DNA of 17,004 nucleotides from a bacterium (GTDB lineage Bacteria; Desulfobacterota; DSWW01). Location: contig JBFLZG010000098.1 in assembly GCA_040756235.1 (NCBI GenBank), positions 1-17,004 of the forward strand. Reading direction: 5' to 3'. Position 1 is the first letter of the stretch. Each line of letters opens with the position of its first letter. Shown here in pieces: positions 7,800-15,713 of this stretch. The position numbers and the translations under genes are program-made. Below the pieces are notes generated by a model. That model was given only the letters and a program-made list of their open reading frames with translations, was not told the DNA's origin and ran no database searches.

Positions 7800-8857
7800 G
7801 GCCAGTCCTCTTTCCCGACGATGGTCACCGCCTCGGGCTTCACCGCCTTCAAGGCATCCGCGTAGATGTAATCGAGATAGTTGGGCACCCTGGTCGCGTC
7901 CGTCAGTCTATTATCGATCGCCCACCGCGCCTCATCCTCCAGGGAAAGGAGAATGGACTGGTCCAGGAACAGGGTGAAGTGGAAGTCATCCCAAGTGGCG
8001 TCCAGGGTGGCTCCGTCCACTTGGAGTCTGCGCCGAACCACCTCTCGGGCATCACGGCCGTTCTCGAGGATGAATCGCTGACTCATTTCAATCGCCCTGA
8101 GGAACCGCTCCAGCGCTCGAGGGTGTCTGCGGATGAAGTCCTTTCGGGCGATGAAGTAGAAGTCTTCCCGGTAGATGTCGCTGCTCGGCAGGAGCACCGC
8201 CTGATCCCTCAAGGCGCTACGTGCTTGGTAGATGTGCGGCTCCCAGGTGGCGATGGCATCCACCTGTCCCTCTAACAATGCGCCGGTCAGGCGAGTCGCC
8301 TCCATGTCCGTTGTCTGCACGTCCGCCAGTTCGAGCCCGTGACAGGCCAGGAATAGGCTCAGAAAGAAGTGCCCGGAGGAGCCTCGGGTGATGCCTACGG
8401 TCCTGCCCTTGAGCTCCTGGGGAGCATGGACTCCCCTGTCCCGTCTGGCCAGCAGCTTGACGTCTCGGTCCGAATAGACCATGCCGCCGATGATGGCATA
8501 GTCATCCCGGGTAAAGCTGTGGGAGATGACCGGCGTCTGGGCCGCGGTGCAAAGGTCGATGCCTTCACGGTTCAGCATCGTCGCCAGCGCGGTTCGCCCG
8601 GACTCGAACTCCCGGATCTCGACTTGCGGACCGTGCTTTCGGAAATAGCCCTTGGCCTGGGCGACCCAAACTGGCGAGGCATGTGGTACCGTCTCGGCTG
8701 CGAGCACGATCCGCTCGCTCCCACTGGCGGATCGAGGCGGCTGTTGCGTGACAGCCAGGAAAATCCCGGCCCCAAGAAGCGCCGTCAGGCCCAGAAGGGC
8801 CAACGCCGTTCGCCACCTTGCGCGCACGCCTTGCTTCAGCTTTCCTGCCATTCCCAT
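7796..8857 (-). CDS. NMT1/THI5-SsuA-like periplasmic substrate-binding protein
   Basis: N-terminal anchor/signal, PVWVAQAKGYF, ELKGRTVGITRGSSGHFFL, GQVDAIATWEPH. ATGA overlap with the kinase start at 7796-7799. The start may be 8851. Confidence 0.9.
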   Translation of the reverse strand: MGMAGKLKQGVRARWRTALALLGLTALLGAGIFLAVTQQPPRSASGSERIVLAAETVPHASPVWVAQAKGYFRKHGPQVEIREFESGRTALATMLNREGIDLCTAAQTPVISHSFTRDDYAIIGGMVYSDRDVKLLARRDRGVHAPQELKGRTVGITRGSSGHFFLSLFLACHGLELADVQTTDMEATRLTGALLEGQVDAIATWEPHIYQARSALRDQAVLLPSSDIYREDFYFIARKDFIRRHPRALERFLRAIEMSQRFILENGRDAREVVRRRLQVDGATLDATWDDFHFTLFLDQSILLSLEDEARWAIDNRLTDATRVPNYLDYIYADALKAVKPEAVTIVGKEDWP

Positions 8858-8976
8858 CGCCAGTGATGGTCTTGCCCGCGCCGGGATGCCGCCTCAGCTG
8901 CCGGACGGGCCTCCGCCCGTCGGACGGCATCGCGGTGTCAGGCGAGCTTGACGGGCACGTCCGCCGGGCCGGGAAT

Positions 8977-9006
8977 AGAATGATGGAGCCGTGCATCGTG
9001 TGTCAA
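8977..9006 (-). promoter_or_regulatory. Putative sigma70 promoter for the binding protein-kinase operon
   Basis: Minus-strand TTGACA (9006-9001), 18 bp spacer, weak -10 CATTCT (8982-8977). Confidence 0.45.
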
Positions 9007-9026
9007 GAAAGCGTTTGCGCATGGTC

Positions 9027-9056
9027 TTGATCCCGAGGGACGCCTTCGATTATCCT
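9027..9056 (+). promoter_or_regulatory. Putative sigma70 promoter for the PqqD gene
   Basis: TTGATC (9027-9032), 18 bp spacer, TATCCT (9051-9056); back-to-back with the minus-strand promoter. Confidence 0.45.
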
Positions 9057-9100
9057 CTCTTCCCGTCGTGGTCTCCGCGCGCGTACAGGAGGGGAATACG

Positions 9101-9346
9101 GTGGATCGGATCATAGCCAAGGAACTGGACCGGGAGCTGATGCTCTATGACCCGGCAAAGGACGCGGTGCACGTTCTCAACCCCACGGCCCGCGTCGTCT
9201 ATGAATGCAGGAGGCGGGGGGAGCCTTTAGCGGAAATCGAAAGGGTCCTTCGGGAGAGGTTTCGCGCAGACCCGAGCCGCGACCTTTCCGGTGAAATCGG
9301 GAGGTGTTTGCAGGAGCTGCGGGAGAAGGGCCTCGTCGCTCCGTGA
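9101..9346 (+). CDS. Stand-alone PqqD-family peptide chaperone (RiPP recognition element, RRE)
   Basis: 81 aa: KELDRELMLYDPAKDAVHVLNPTARVVYE...LAEIERVLRERF...EIGRCLQELREKGLV, the three-strand plus three-helix PqqD pattern. GTG at 9101 with AGGAGG SD upstream. Confidence 0.9.
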   Translation: MDRIIAKELDRELMLYDPAKDAVHVLNPTARVVYECRRRGEPLAEIERVLRERFRADPSRDLSGEIGRCLQELREKGLVAP

Positions 9347-9373
9347 GCCGCGGCCGAAGTTCAGGGCTGCGGC
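9347..9373. terminator. Possible hairpin between the convergent PqqD and permease genes
   Basis: GCCGCGGCC / GGCTGCGGC stem with one G-U pair and a 9-nt loop; no U-tract. Confidence 0.25.
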
Positions 9374-9386
9374 CCGGGCCTTGCTC

Positions 9387-10190
9387 TCAGTAGTGTCCCA
9401 GAGTCCCGTTTGCGCGGGCCCTACGCAGGGCGAAGCGGAAGCAGAGGACGCTCAGCGGGATGCCCACGGCGCTCCACACGCTCAGGGCGAGCAGCTGGGG
9501 CCCGATCCGGGACAGTTCGGCCCCGCCCAGCAGGATCCTCCTCAGGGCCTCCAGAGAATGGGTGAGGGGGATGATCTGCGCCGCTTGCTGCAGCCCATCC
9601 GGCAGGACAGAGAGCGGATAGTACACGCCGCCGAGGAGCCAAGACGCGATGCTGAAGGTCCAGTTGAGGGGGTCTCCCCGCTTGAAGAAGATCGTGAAGC
9701 TGGCCGCAAGGATCCCCAGGCTTGAGAAGGCGGCCGCGGTCAGCGCCAGCACCAGCAAGATCCACGGCAGCCTGGCCCAGTGCAGCGCGACGCCGAACAG
9801 GGCGCTGCCGACTCCCAGATAGAGCAGCACGCGCAGAGAGTTGAATCCGAAAGCGTAGAGGGACGAGCCTGCCAGCAGGGCGGAGACCGAGACAGGGGTC
9901 GCGAGCACGGCCTCCAGGGTTCCCGTGAGCTGCGATTCCCTCAAGCTCCTGGAGAAGCTCGTGAGCGACACGGCCAGATAGCGGTCCACTGCGATTCCGA
10001 CGAGGACGAACGGGAAATAGCTGCCGCCGTAAGCGTCCAGAGGTCCGGAAAGGGCATCCCCCACGAGGCGGGAGAGGAAGAAGAACATCAGTGTCGCGGG
10101 CAGGATGCCCAGAAGCTGCAGGAAGAAAGAGAGCCGGTAGCTGGTCTCGTTCAGGATGTCGCGCCGGGCAAAGGCCCAAAGGGCTCTCAC
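9387..10190 (-). CDS. ABC-2 type exporter permease
   Basis: About 6 TM segments; RESQLTGTLEAVLATPVS, LLGGVYYPLSVLPDGLQQAAQIIPLTHSLEALR. GTG start at 10190 overlaps the ATPase TGA (GTGA). Confidence 0.92.
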   Translation of the reverse strand: MRALWAFARRDILNETSYRLSFFLQLLGILPATLMFFFLSRLVGDALSGPLDAYGGSYFPFVLVGIAVDRYLAVSLTSFSRSLRESQLTGTLEAVLATPVSVSALLAGSSLYAFGFNSLRVLLYLGVGSALFGVALHWARLPWILLVLALTAAAFSSLGILAASFTIFFKRGDPLNWTFSIASWLLGGVYYPLSVLPDGLQQAAQIIPLTHSLEALRRILLGGAELSRIGPQLLALSVWSAVGIPLSVLCFRFALRRARANGTLGHY

Positions 10191-10948
10191 GAGCTTCGGC
10201 TCCCTGCGATGAAAAGGTCGAAGATCGCGGCCAGGCCGGCTTGGGGCTGCAGTCGCGCCTGCCTCCCGAGATCCGCCAGGGCGCCCACGCACCGGATGGA
10301 CCCTTCGTGGAGCACGGCGATCTCATCCGCTAGCTCCTCGACTTCCGTGAGATTGTGCGAGGCGAGAAGGACGGTCTTGCCCCGCTCCAGCACCTGGCGC
10401 CGCAGCAGCGCGCGCATGCTCGCCGCAGCGTCCGGGCTCAGGCTCCGCGTCGGCTCATCCAGAAGCAGGACCGGCGGATCGTGGAGCAGGGCGCGGGCCA
10501 GACAGAGGGCCTGCTTCATACCGGATGAGTACTCCTGGAACCGCGTCCGGCCTCGGGCCCCGAGGCCCACGTCCTCCAGAACCGAGTCGATCCGGGCCTC
10601 TCGTTTCTTGCCCGGAAGCCCCTGCAGGGCCGCGAAGAACCTGAGGTTGTCCCTGCCGCTCAGTCTCCAGTAGAAGCTCCGCTCCTCGGACGAAACGAAC
10701 CCGAGGAGCTTCTTGGCGCCGCGCGGGTCTGCGCTCAGATCCCGTCCGCAGATGCTCGCCGTGCCTGCGCAGGGCGGCACGAGGCCGGCCAGGATCTTGA
10801 GGAGAGTCGTCTTGCCGGCGCCGTTCGGCCCCACCAGTCCGAGGACGGATCCCTCGCGGATCCGAAGGTGAATGCCGCAAAGGACTTTCCTCTTCCTGTA
10901 GACTTTTTCGATTCCTTCGCACGCGAGCGCGAGATCACCGTCGGCCAT
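10187..10948 (-). CDS. ABC exporter ATP-binding protein
   Basis: Walker A GPNGAGKTT, signature YSSGMKQ, Walker B LLLDEPT, H-loop LLASH. Confidence 0.95.
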   Translation of the reverse strand: MADGDLALACEGIEKVYRKRKVLCGIHLRIREGSVLGLVGPNGAGKTTLLKILAGLVPPCAGTASICGRDLSADPRGAKKLLGFVSSEERSFYWRLSGRDNLRFFAALQGLPGKKREARIDSVLEDVGLGARGRTRFQEYSSGMKQALCLARALLHDPPVLLLDEPTRSLSPDAAASMRALLRRQVLERGKTVLLASHNLTEVEELADEIAVLHEGSIRCVGALADLGRQARLQPQAGLAAIFDLFIAGSRSS

Positions 10949-12785
10949 GGCTCGTCTTCGCTTGGGTCGGGGAAGGTTCCCGCAGGAGAACGGCCAGTCT
11001 TTCCCCGAGCCGCCTGGCCTTGAGCGCGGGATGGCGCAGGTACCAGTGCCATACGGAGCGGTTGTCCGCTACGTGATACCGGTGCCTCAGGTAGTCCGAA
11101 GTCGGGAAGATGAATCGCAGGAGGTAAGCCAGCCGCCCTCGCCACCCGGGGATCCGCCGGATCAGCAGAAGCCGGTCTCGGTGACTGCTAAAGATTCTTC
11201 TGGCGAGCTCGCCGGGGACCCCCTGCTGCCGGATGGCTGCGGCGAGCACCCGTTCGTCCCGGTGGCCGCCCGTTTGCTCCAGAACCCATGCCGGGATCGG
11301 CGTCATCCAGTACGCGTTCAGGAGACCCAGGGTGGTGCCGGCCTGGCTGCAGACGCCCAGGGACTTCACTTTGCGAACGAACAGCTCCCAGCGGATTTGC
11401 GGAGCTTGCTGGTGAACGAGCTCGTGAATGTCGCAGAACCAGACGAGCACGACAGGGCCTGACACCCTGTGCTGGTCCAGGTGGAGCACAAGGTGGAGCA
11501 GTTGGTCCTCGGCGGAGAGGGACAAGTAGGCGCGGCCGTCCAGCGTGGCAGGCTGGACCTCGCGCCAGACCGATTCCATGTCCTCCGGCCTGTGAGGCAC
11601 CTGCGGGAAGATGTTCGAGTGGATCTCGATCTTGGTCTTATGCGGATGAAAAAGAGGCGACGGATGTTTCCCGTGAAAGAAAACGGAGAGTTTCTCGTGC
11701 CGGGGGCTTACGAAAGTTGCCTGTTCCGGATATCCGAGAGAAACGATCGTCTTGCGGGCCCTGGCTTGGTCCGGCTCGCGGCAGAGCAGGTCCAAGTCGC
11801 TCATGGGCCTGAGCCCGATGTCGCCGTAAACGGTCCTGGCCAGGGACGCGCCCTTGAGGAGGACAACGGGTATTGCAGCCTCCTCGAGAGCTTCGAGAAC
11901 CCTGTGGAGCTGGCTGTAGAGTCGCAGGTTCTTCATCGACTGGCGGCGGTAGCTCCGCTCCAGGCGATCCATCAGCCGAGGAGGCACGCGAGCGCGGAAT
12001 TCCACGCGGGACAGGTGTCGGAAGAGCAGGGGCTGAAGGCCCAGCGTCTCCGAATGCTTCTCGAGAAAGGCCCAGTCCAGGGGCCGGGAGAGGGAGGCCT
12101 TCATGGCAGCCGCCGCCTCTTCGTGCGACAGTTCCACCCGGGCGGCCAAAATCAGGAGGCGTTCCTCGTCCGTGAGGAGCGGAGCGGATTCCGTGCTGCT
12201 ACGGTTCTGCCGCCCCGGCCCCGCCAATGCTCCGACCCCCGACAGGGCGAGACGGGAGAGGCGGCCGAGGATCCTGACCGCGGTCGGCTTGCCGGCGCCG
12301 GGGCGTTGCACGGGGGGTGCCGGAAGCTCCCGGTCTCGACCGATGCGGCCGCGGTCTTCGAGCACTGCGATCGTACAAGCCCAGGTGAGGCCGAGAAGAC
12401 GGTTCAGGGCGCACCACGGCCACCTGCTCATGTCGCGCACGCGCCCGTTGCGCTCCAGGAGATCGACGCGGCCTGCGACCCGGTCTTGCGGGACCCACCG
12501 CCAGCGCGCCTGACCGTCCCCCTTCTCGCACAGCCATCTCCTGCCTGCGACCGTCCTCCGGCCGAGGCAGCGGTGGACCACGATCCGATCGCCCTGCCGG
12601 AAGGCTACGAGGTCTCCACGGCGCACCTTGGCCGGAGCCGTCGTGCGGATGGTCGCCCGGTCGCCGGGGCTGACGAGCGGTCGCATGCTGTTGCCCTCGA
12701 CCACGAGCGTGATCGGCCTGCCTGCGCTCTTCCAGAGATCGACGACGGCCGCCGGGATCGGTGAGCGCGCACGGTCCTCCGCCAT
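10935..12785 (-). CDS. Fusion protein: N-terminal S24/S26-family peptidase and C-terminal NTP_transf_5-type nucleotidyltransferase
   Basis: VEGNSMRPLVSPGD (Ser), GDLVAF, IVVHR (His), EKGD; a low-complexity linker; then LDWAFL...LGLQPLLFRHL, VVLLKGASLARTVYGDIGLRPMSDLDLL, IEIH, EDQLLHLVLH, WFCDIHEL. Confidence 0.88.
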   Translation of the reverse strand: MAEDRARSPIPAAVVDLWKSAGRPITLVVEGNSMRPLVSPGDRATIRTTAPAKVRRGDLVAFRQGDRIVVHRCLGRRTVAGRRWLCEKGDGQARWRWVPQDRVAGRVDLLERNGRVRDMSRWPWCALNRLLGLTWACTIAVLEDRGRIGRDRELPAPPVQRPGAGKPTAVRILGRLSRLALSGVGALAGPGRQNRSSTESAPLLTDEERLLILAARVELSHEEAAAAMKASLSRPLDWAFLEKHSETLGLQPLLFRHLSRVEFRARVPPRLMDRLERSYRRQSMKNLRLYSQLHRVLEALEEAAIPVVLLKGASLARTVYGDIGLRPMSDLDLLCREPDQARARKTIVSLGYPEQATFVSPRHEKLSVFFHGKHPSPLFHPHKTKIEIHSNIFPQVPHRPEDMESVWREVQPATLDGRAYLSLSAEDQLLHLVLHLDQHRVSGPVVLVWFCDIHELVHQQAPQIRWELFVRKVKSLGVCSQAGTTLGLLNAYWMTPIPAWVLEQTGGHRDERVLAAAIRQQGVPGELARRIFSSHRDRLLLIRRIPGWRGRLAYLLRFIFPTSDYLRHRYHVADNRSVWHWYLRHPALKARRLGERLAVLLREPSPTQAKTSHGRR

Positions 12786-12786
12786 G

Positions 12787-15672
12787 TCACTCCTCCCATG
12801 CCTTGAGGCTCAAGGCAGGGTCGCCGAGCAGCGTGAAGGTCGTGAGCAGGTCCTCAGAGGCCCCCTCGCCGTAGGCTGCGATCTTGGATCCGGCCGCGGC
12901 CGGTCCGAGGAGTCGGTTTCCTCCTTCGAAGATCGCGGAAAACAGGCGGCGGGACAGGATCTCGTGCTCCCAGGTGTAGCCGAGGCCGCTCGGAGAGAAA
13001 CAGGCGACGGCTCCTTTGAAGGGAGCGGCCACGAGCTCCTCGGCGAGGCAGTAATAGGAAAAGTGCGAGAAGTACCCGTTCAGGCAGTCGAGCGTCAGGA
13101 CGAAGGGCAGGTGCTCTCTGTTGTCCAGCAGAGCCACATCCGGAGACTCGAAGAGGTACTCGCCGGCCCAGTTGGTCACGGCGCCGTGCCCGGTGTAGGT
13201 CGCGATCAGCCGTCCGCGGTTCAGGCTCGACAGGATGTCGGCTGTCGCGTCGTCCACGCTGCCGTAGAGCCGCAGGTAGATCCTGTCGGTCTCGAATCCC
13301 GGGGGCAGAAACGAGGCGAGGCTCTCGTTCAGACTCTCGAAGGTCATCTCGTTGTCGTCCGCCGCGAACAAGGCCCCGGGAGGCACGGGCCACGGGAGTG
13401 CCTCGTAGAGGAAGGTCTTCCAGACGGCCTGCGCTGCGGCCTGGCTGGTGGCGGCAGGCACTCTGCCGATGAAGAGGTCCGGAAGCAGATCGTCGCCGTC
13501 GATGCATGCGTACCAGTTATCGTCAGGCGTGAGGCCCAGACCGGAGGTGACGGTGAGATGGACCGGGACCCTGCTTTTCTTGCCCGTGGCCATGAAATCC
13601 CTGTAGTCGGTGCTGGCGTCGCCGAGCAGCAGCACGTAGGCCGGGGCCGGCGGGGTCCAGCTTTCGTAAGCGCAGCGCAGGAAGTCCCGGATGGCCTGGG
13701 GGTCGGTCAGCCCATGGCTGAAGGTGTTGTAGATGTCCTCGACGCTCACGACCCGCACGCGCAGGCCCTGGCTCCATCGGAGCAGAAGGAGCGGCCAGGT
13801 GGACGGGACGAGCTCGCGGGGGGTGATGAGGAGCCAATCGGCGCCGTTCTGGGAGCTTTTCAGGTGCGGTGGTTTCCAGCAGGAGATCCCGGCGGGCCGG
13901 GCCGTGCGGCCTGCTGTCAGGGCAAGATAAGACTTCGTTCCGTTGAGCTCATCTTCGAAGGTCGCCCGGTAGCCTTCGCCTTCCGCCTCGACCGAGCTGT
14001 TCACGATCTCCTTTACATTGAGGGAGTCGGTCACGTCATAGATCCGGACGTCCGGCCCGCCCAGGTTCGAGACCTCAGCTTGGACCAGGCCGGTCGCGGC
14101 AAGCGAGAATCGAAGAGCGTCGTCCAGGGCCTCGAGGGCGCGGGTGTACTCCACCTCGAACCAGTCGGGATAGACGATATCTACCGGGGCGCCGGAGTCG
14201 CCGGGCAGTCCGAGGGTGAGCGTGTTCGGTCCGTCCTGGACGAGCTCAGCCGGCACGGATGCCTCCTGAACATAGGCAATGTCGCCGTCCCAGAAGTCCT
14301 CTGCGATCCGAGCGCTGTTGAGTGCAACGGTCGTATGATGGTTCGGATGGGGTGCGGCGGTGGAGCGGCCCTGAAAGGCAACCCGCACGACGGCTCCGTT
14401 CGGATCCGGGACCGCAGACGGCAGCTCGAGGCTGTAGTCTCGACTGGCGGGCGCCGTCACCTTTTCCCAGAACCAGGCGTCCGCTTGCGGAGCGCCGGGC
14501 GTGGCCTCCCAGAAGGTGTGGTTTTCCTGGAAGCGCATCGTCTCGCGGAAGGACTCCACAGGCTCGCCCTGGCCCGTCACATGCCCGTCGATCTGCGCCA
14601 CGCGCTTTCCGGCGCCGGGCCTGACCGAAAGCCAGTAGACGTTCGTGTCCGTGAACGGGGTGTCCACGCCGCGCGCGTAGAACTCGATGTAGTCGCCGGG
14701 GACGAAACGCCACCAGCCCGACCGGCAGACGACCTGGATCGCGACTTCCTGGCCCATGTTGTAGAGCCGCAGCGTCCACGGGTAGATGCTGCTCGTGTCG
14801 AACCCGGCGGCGGCGAGATCTTCGTGGGAGATGCGATAGATGCCTTCCTCGCGCACTTCGATCCTCAGGAGTTGAGCCTGCCCGGTCGCCCCCTTGGCCC
14901 GGGCTTGCGGCACGGTCTCGGCGGGCTCCGTGCTCGCCGCTCGTTCCCGACCGGAGGGCAGCCTTTCCGGTCCCAGGTAGTTGAGAACCGCGCCCCTCAG
15001 GAATCGATCGAAGGCGGCTTGTCCAACGCCGCCGGGCGCGGCCGCTTCGGGATGAGCGAGAGCCGACTGGCGATTCCCCGAACTGCCGGAGACGAGAGGC
15101 CCCGCAAATTCGAGCCTGAGGCGCAGTTTTCTCGAGACCCGGAGTTCGCCGCTTGCCGGGCTCCAGCGGAAAGGGTGTACCGTGATCCGCGACAGGGGTA
15201 CGCCCCGGCAGACCGCCCTCGCGCCCACTTCCACGAGGGAGGCGGGAAACAGTCCGGAGGAACCGTAGATCCCCTCGTCCTCTTCGATCGTCTCGCAGAC
15301 GCTGCCGTCCTCCCGGAGCGTGCGCTCCGGGACCGGGGCGATCCGGCCTGCGGGGAGTGCGTCTTCGACGTTTTCGAGAATGCGGGCTTCCACCTGGCCG
15401 GTCCGGGGCACCTGCACCAGGAACGACTTGAGAGGGAGATCGGGAGATCCGGCGCGATCGGTCCTTGCCCAGTCCCTGATCCGGACCTGGCGCCAGGGTC
15501 TTTCACTGAGCCCCTTCTCCGCGCAGTCCTCTATGTGGAAGGCGGCCGCCATGATTTCGACGGTCAGGCCCCGGTCGTCCGTTTCCAGAATCCTTACGTC
15601 CCGGTCCAGGGCCGCGAGCGGCGCCGGGGCACAGAACGCCGCAATCAGCACAAGCGCTGCAAGGAAACCCAT
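12787..15672 (-). CDS. Secreted C25 (gingipain-family) cysteine peptidase, PorU-like architecture with N-terminal propeptide-like domain
   Basis: Sec signal (..APLAA). Propeptide-like GSPDLPLKSFLVQVP...TVHPFRWSP. IEVREEGIYRISHEDL, DYIEFYARG, FTDTNVYWL. Catalytic domain ADWLLITP, YVLLLGDA, DNWY...PDLFIGRVPA, His in YTGHG (13186-13188), Cys in TLDCLNG (13084-13086), ending LLGDPALSL. Confidence 0.92.
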   Translation of the reverse strand: MGFLAALVLIAAFCAPAPLAALDRDVRILETDDRGLTVEIMAAAFHIEDCAEKGLSERPWRQVRIRDWARTDRAGSPDLPLKSFLVQVPRTGQVEARILENVEDALPAGRIAPVPERTLREDGSVCETIEEDEGIYGSSGLFPASLVEVGARAVCRGVPLSRITVHPFRWSPASGELRVSRKLRLRLEFAGPLVSGSSGNRQSALAHPEAAAPGGVGQAAFDRFLRGAVLNYLGPERLPSGRERAASTEPAETVPQARAKGATGQAQLLRIEVREEGIYRISHEDLAAAGFDTSSIYPWTLRLYNMGQEVAIQVVCRSGWWRFVPGDYIEFYARGVDTPFTDTNVYWLSVRPGAGKRVAQIDGHVTGQGEPVESFRETMRFQENHTFWEATPGAPQADAWFWEKVTAPASRDYSLELPSAVPDPNGAVVRVAFQGRSTAAPHPNHHTTVALNSARIAEDFWDGDIAYVQEASVPAELVQDGPNTLTLGLPGDSGAPVDIVYPDWFEVEYTRALEALDDALRFSLAATGLVQAEVSNLGGPDVRIYDVTDSLNVKEIVNSSVEAEGEGYRATFEDELNGTKSYLALTAGRTARPAGISCWKPPHLKSSQNGADWLLITPRELVPSTWPLLLLRWSQGLRVRVVSVEDIYNTFSHGLTDPQAIRDFLRCAYESWTPPAPAYVLLLGDASTDYRDFMATGKKSRVPVHLTVTSGLGLTPDDNWYACIDGDDLLPDLFIGRVPAATSQAAAQAVWKTFLYEALPWPVPPGALFAADDNEMTFESLNESLASFLPPGFETDRIYLRLYGSVDDATADILSSLNRGRLIATYTGHGAVTNWAGEYLFESPDVALLDNREHLPFVLTLDCLNGYFSHFSYYCLAEELVAAPFKGAVACFSPSGLGYTWEHEILSRRLFSAIFEGGNRLLGPAAAGSKIAAYGEGASEDLLTTFTLLGDPALSLKAWEE

Positions 15673-15713
15673 GGGCCCACCTCACGGTCTGAGAAGGCTG
15701 TAGGGGCGAATCA

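Noticed and set aside
8860..9000. TPP or other riboswitch upstream of the NMT1/THI5-like gene
   Set aside because: A GCTGAG is present on the minus strand, but the remaining conserved TPP elements (CTGAGA...ACCTGA...GCGNAGGGA) are not seen, nor is any other riboswitch consensus I recognise.
8818..9120. Short ORFs near PqqD as RiPP precursor candidates
   Set aside because: No clear SD, no YxxP/WxxP-type leader, and they overlap predicted promoters or adjacent genes; unsupported.
9101..9346. PQQ biosynthesis or lasso peptide cluster call
   Set aside because: No pqqA/B/C/E, lasso cyclase or B2 transglutaminase-like protease in the window, so only the family-level RRE call is kept.
11469..12764. 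431-aa plus-strand ORF and similar shadows at 9780-10673 and 6660-7448
   Set aside because: Antisense to well-supported genes, with no family signatures.
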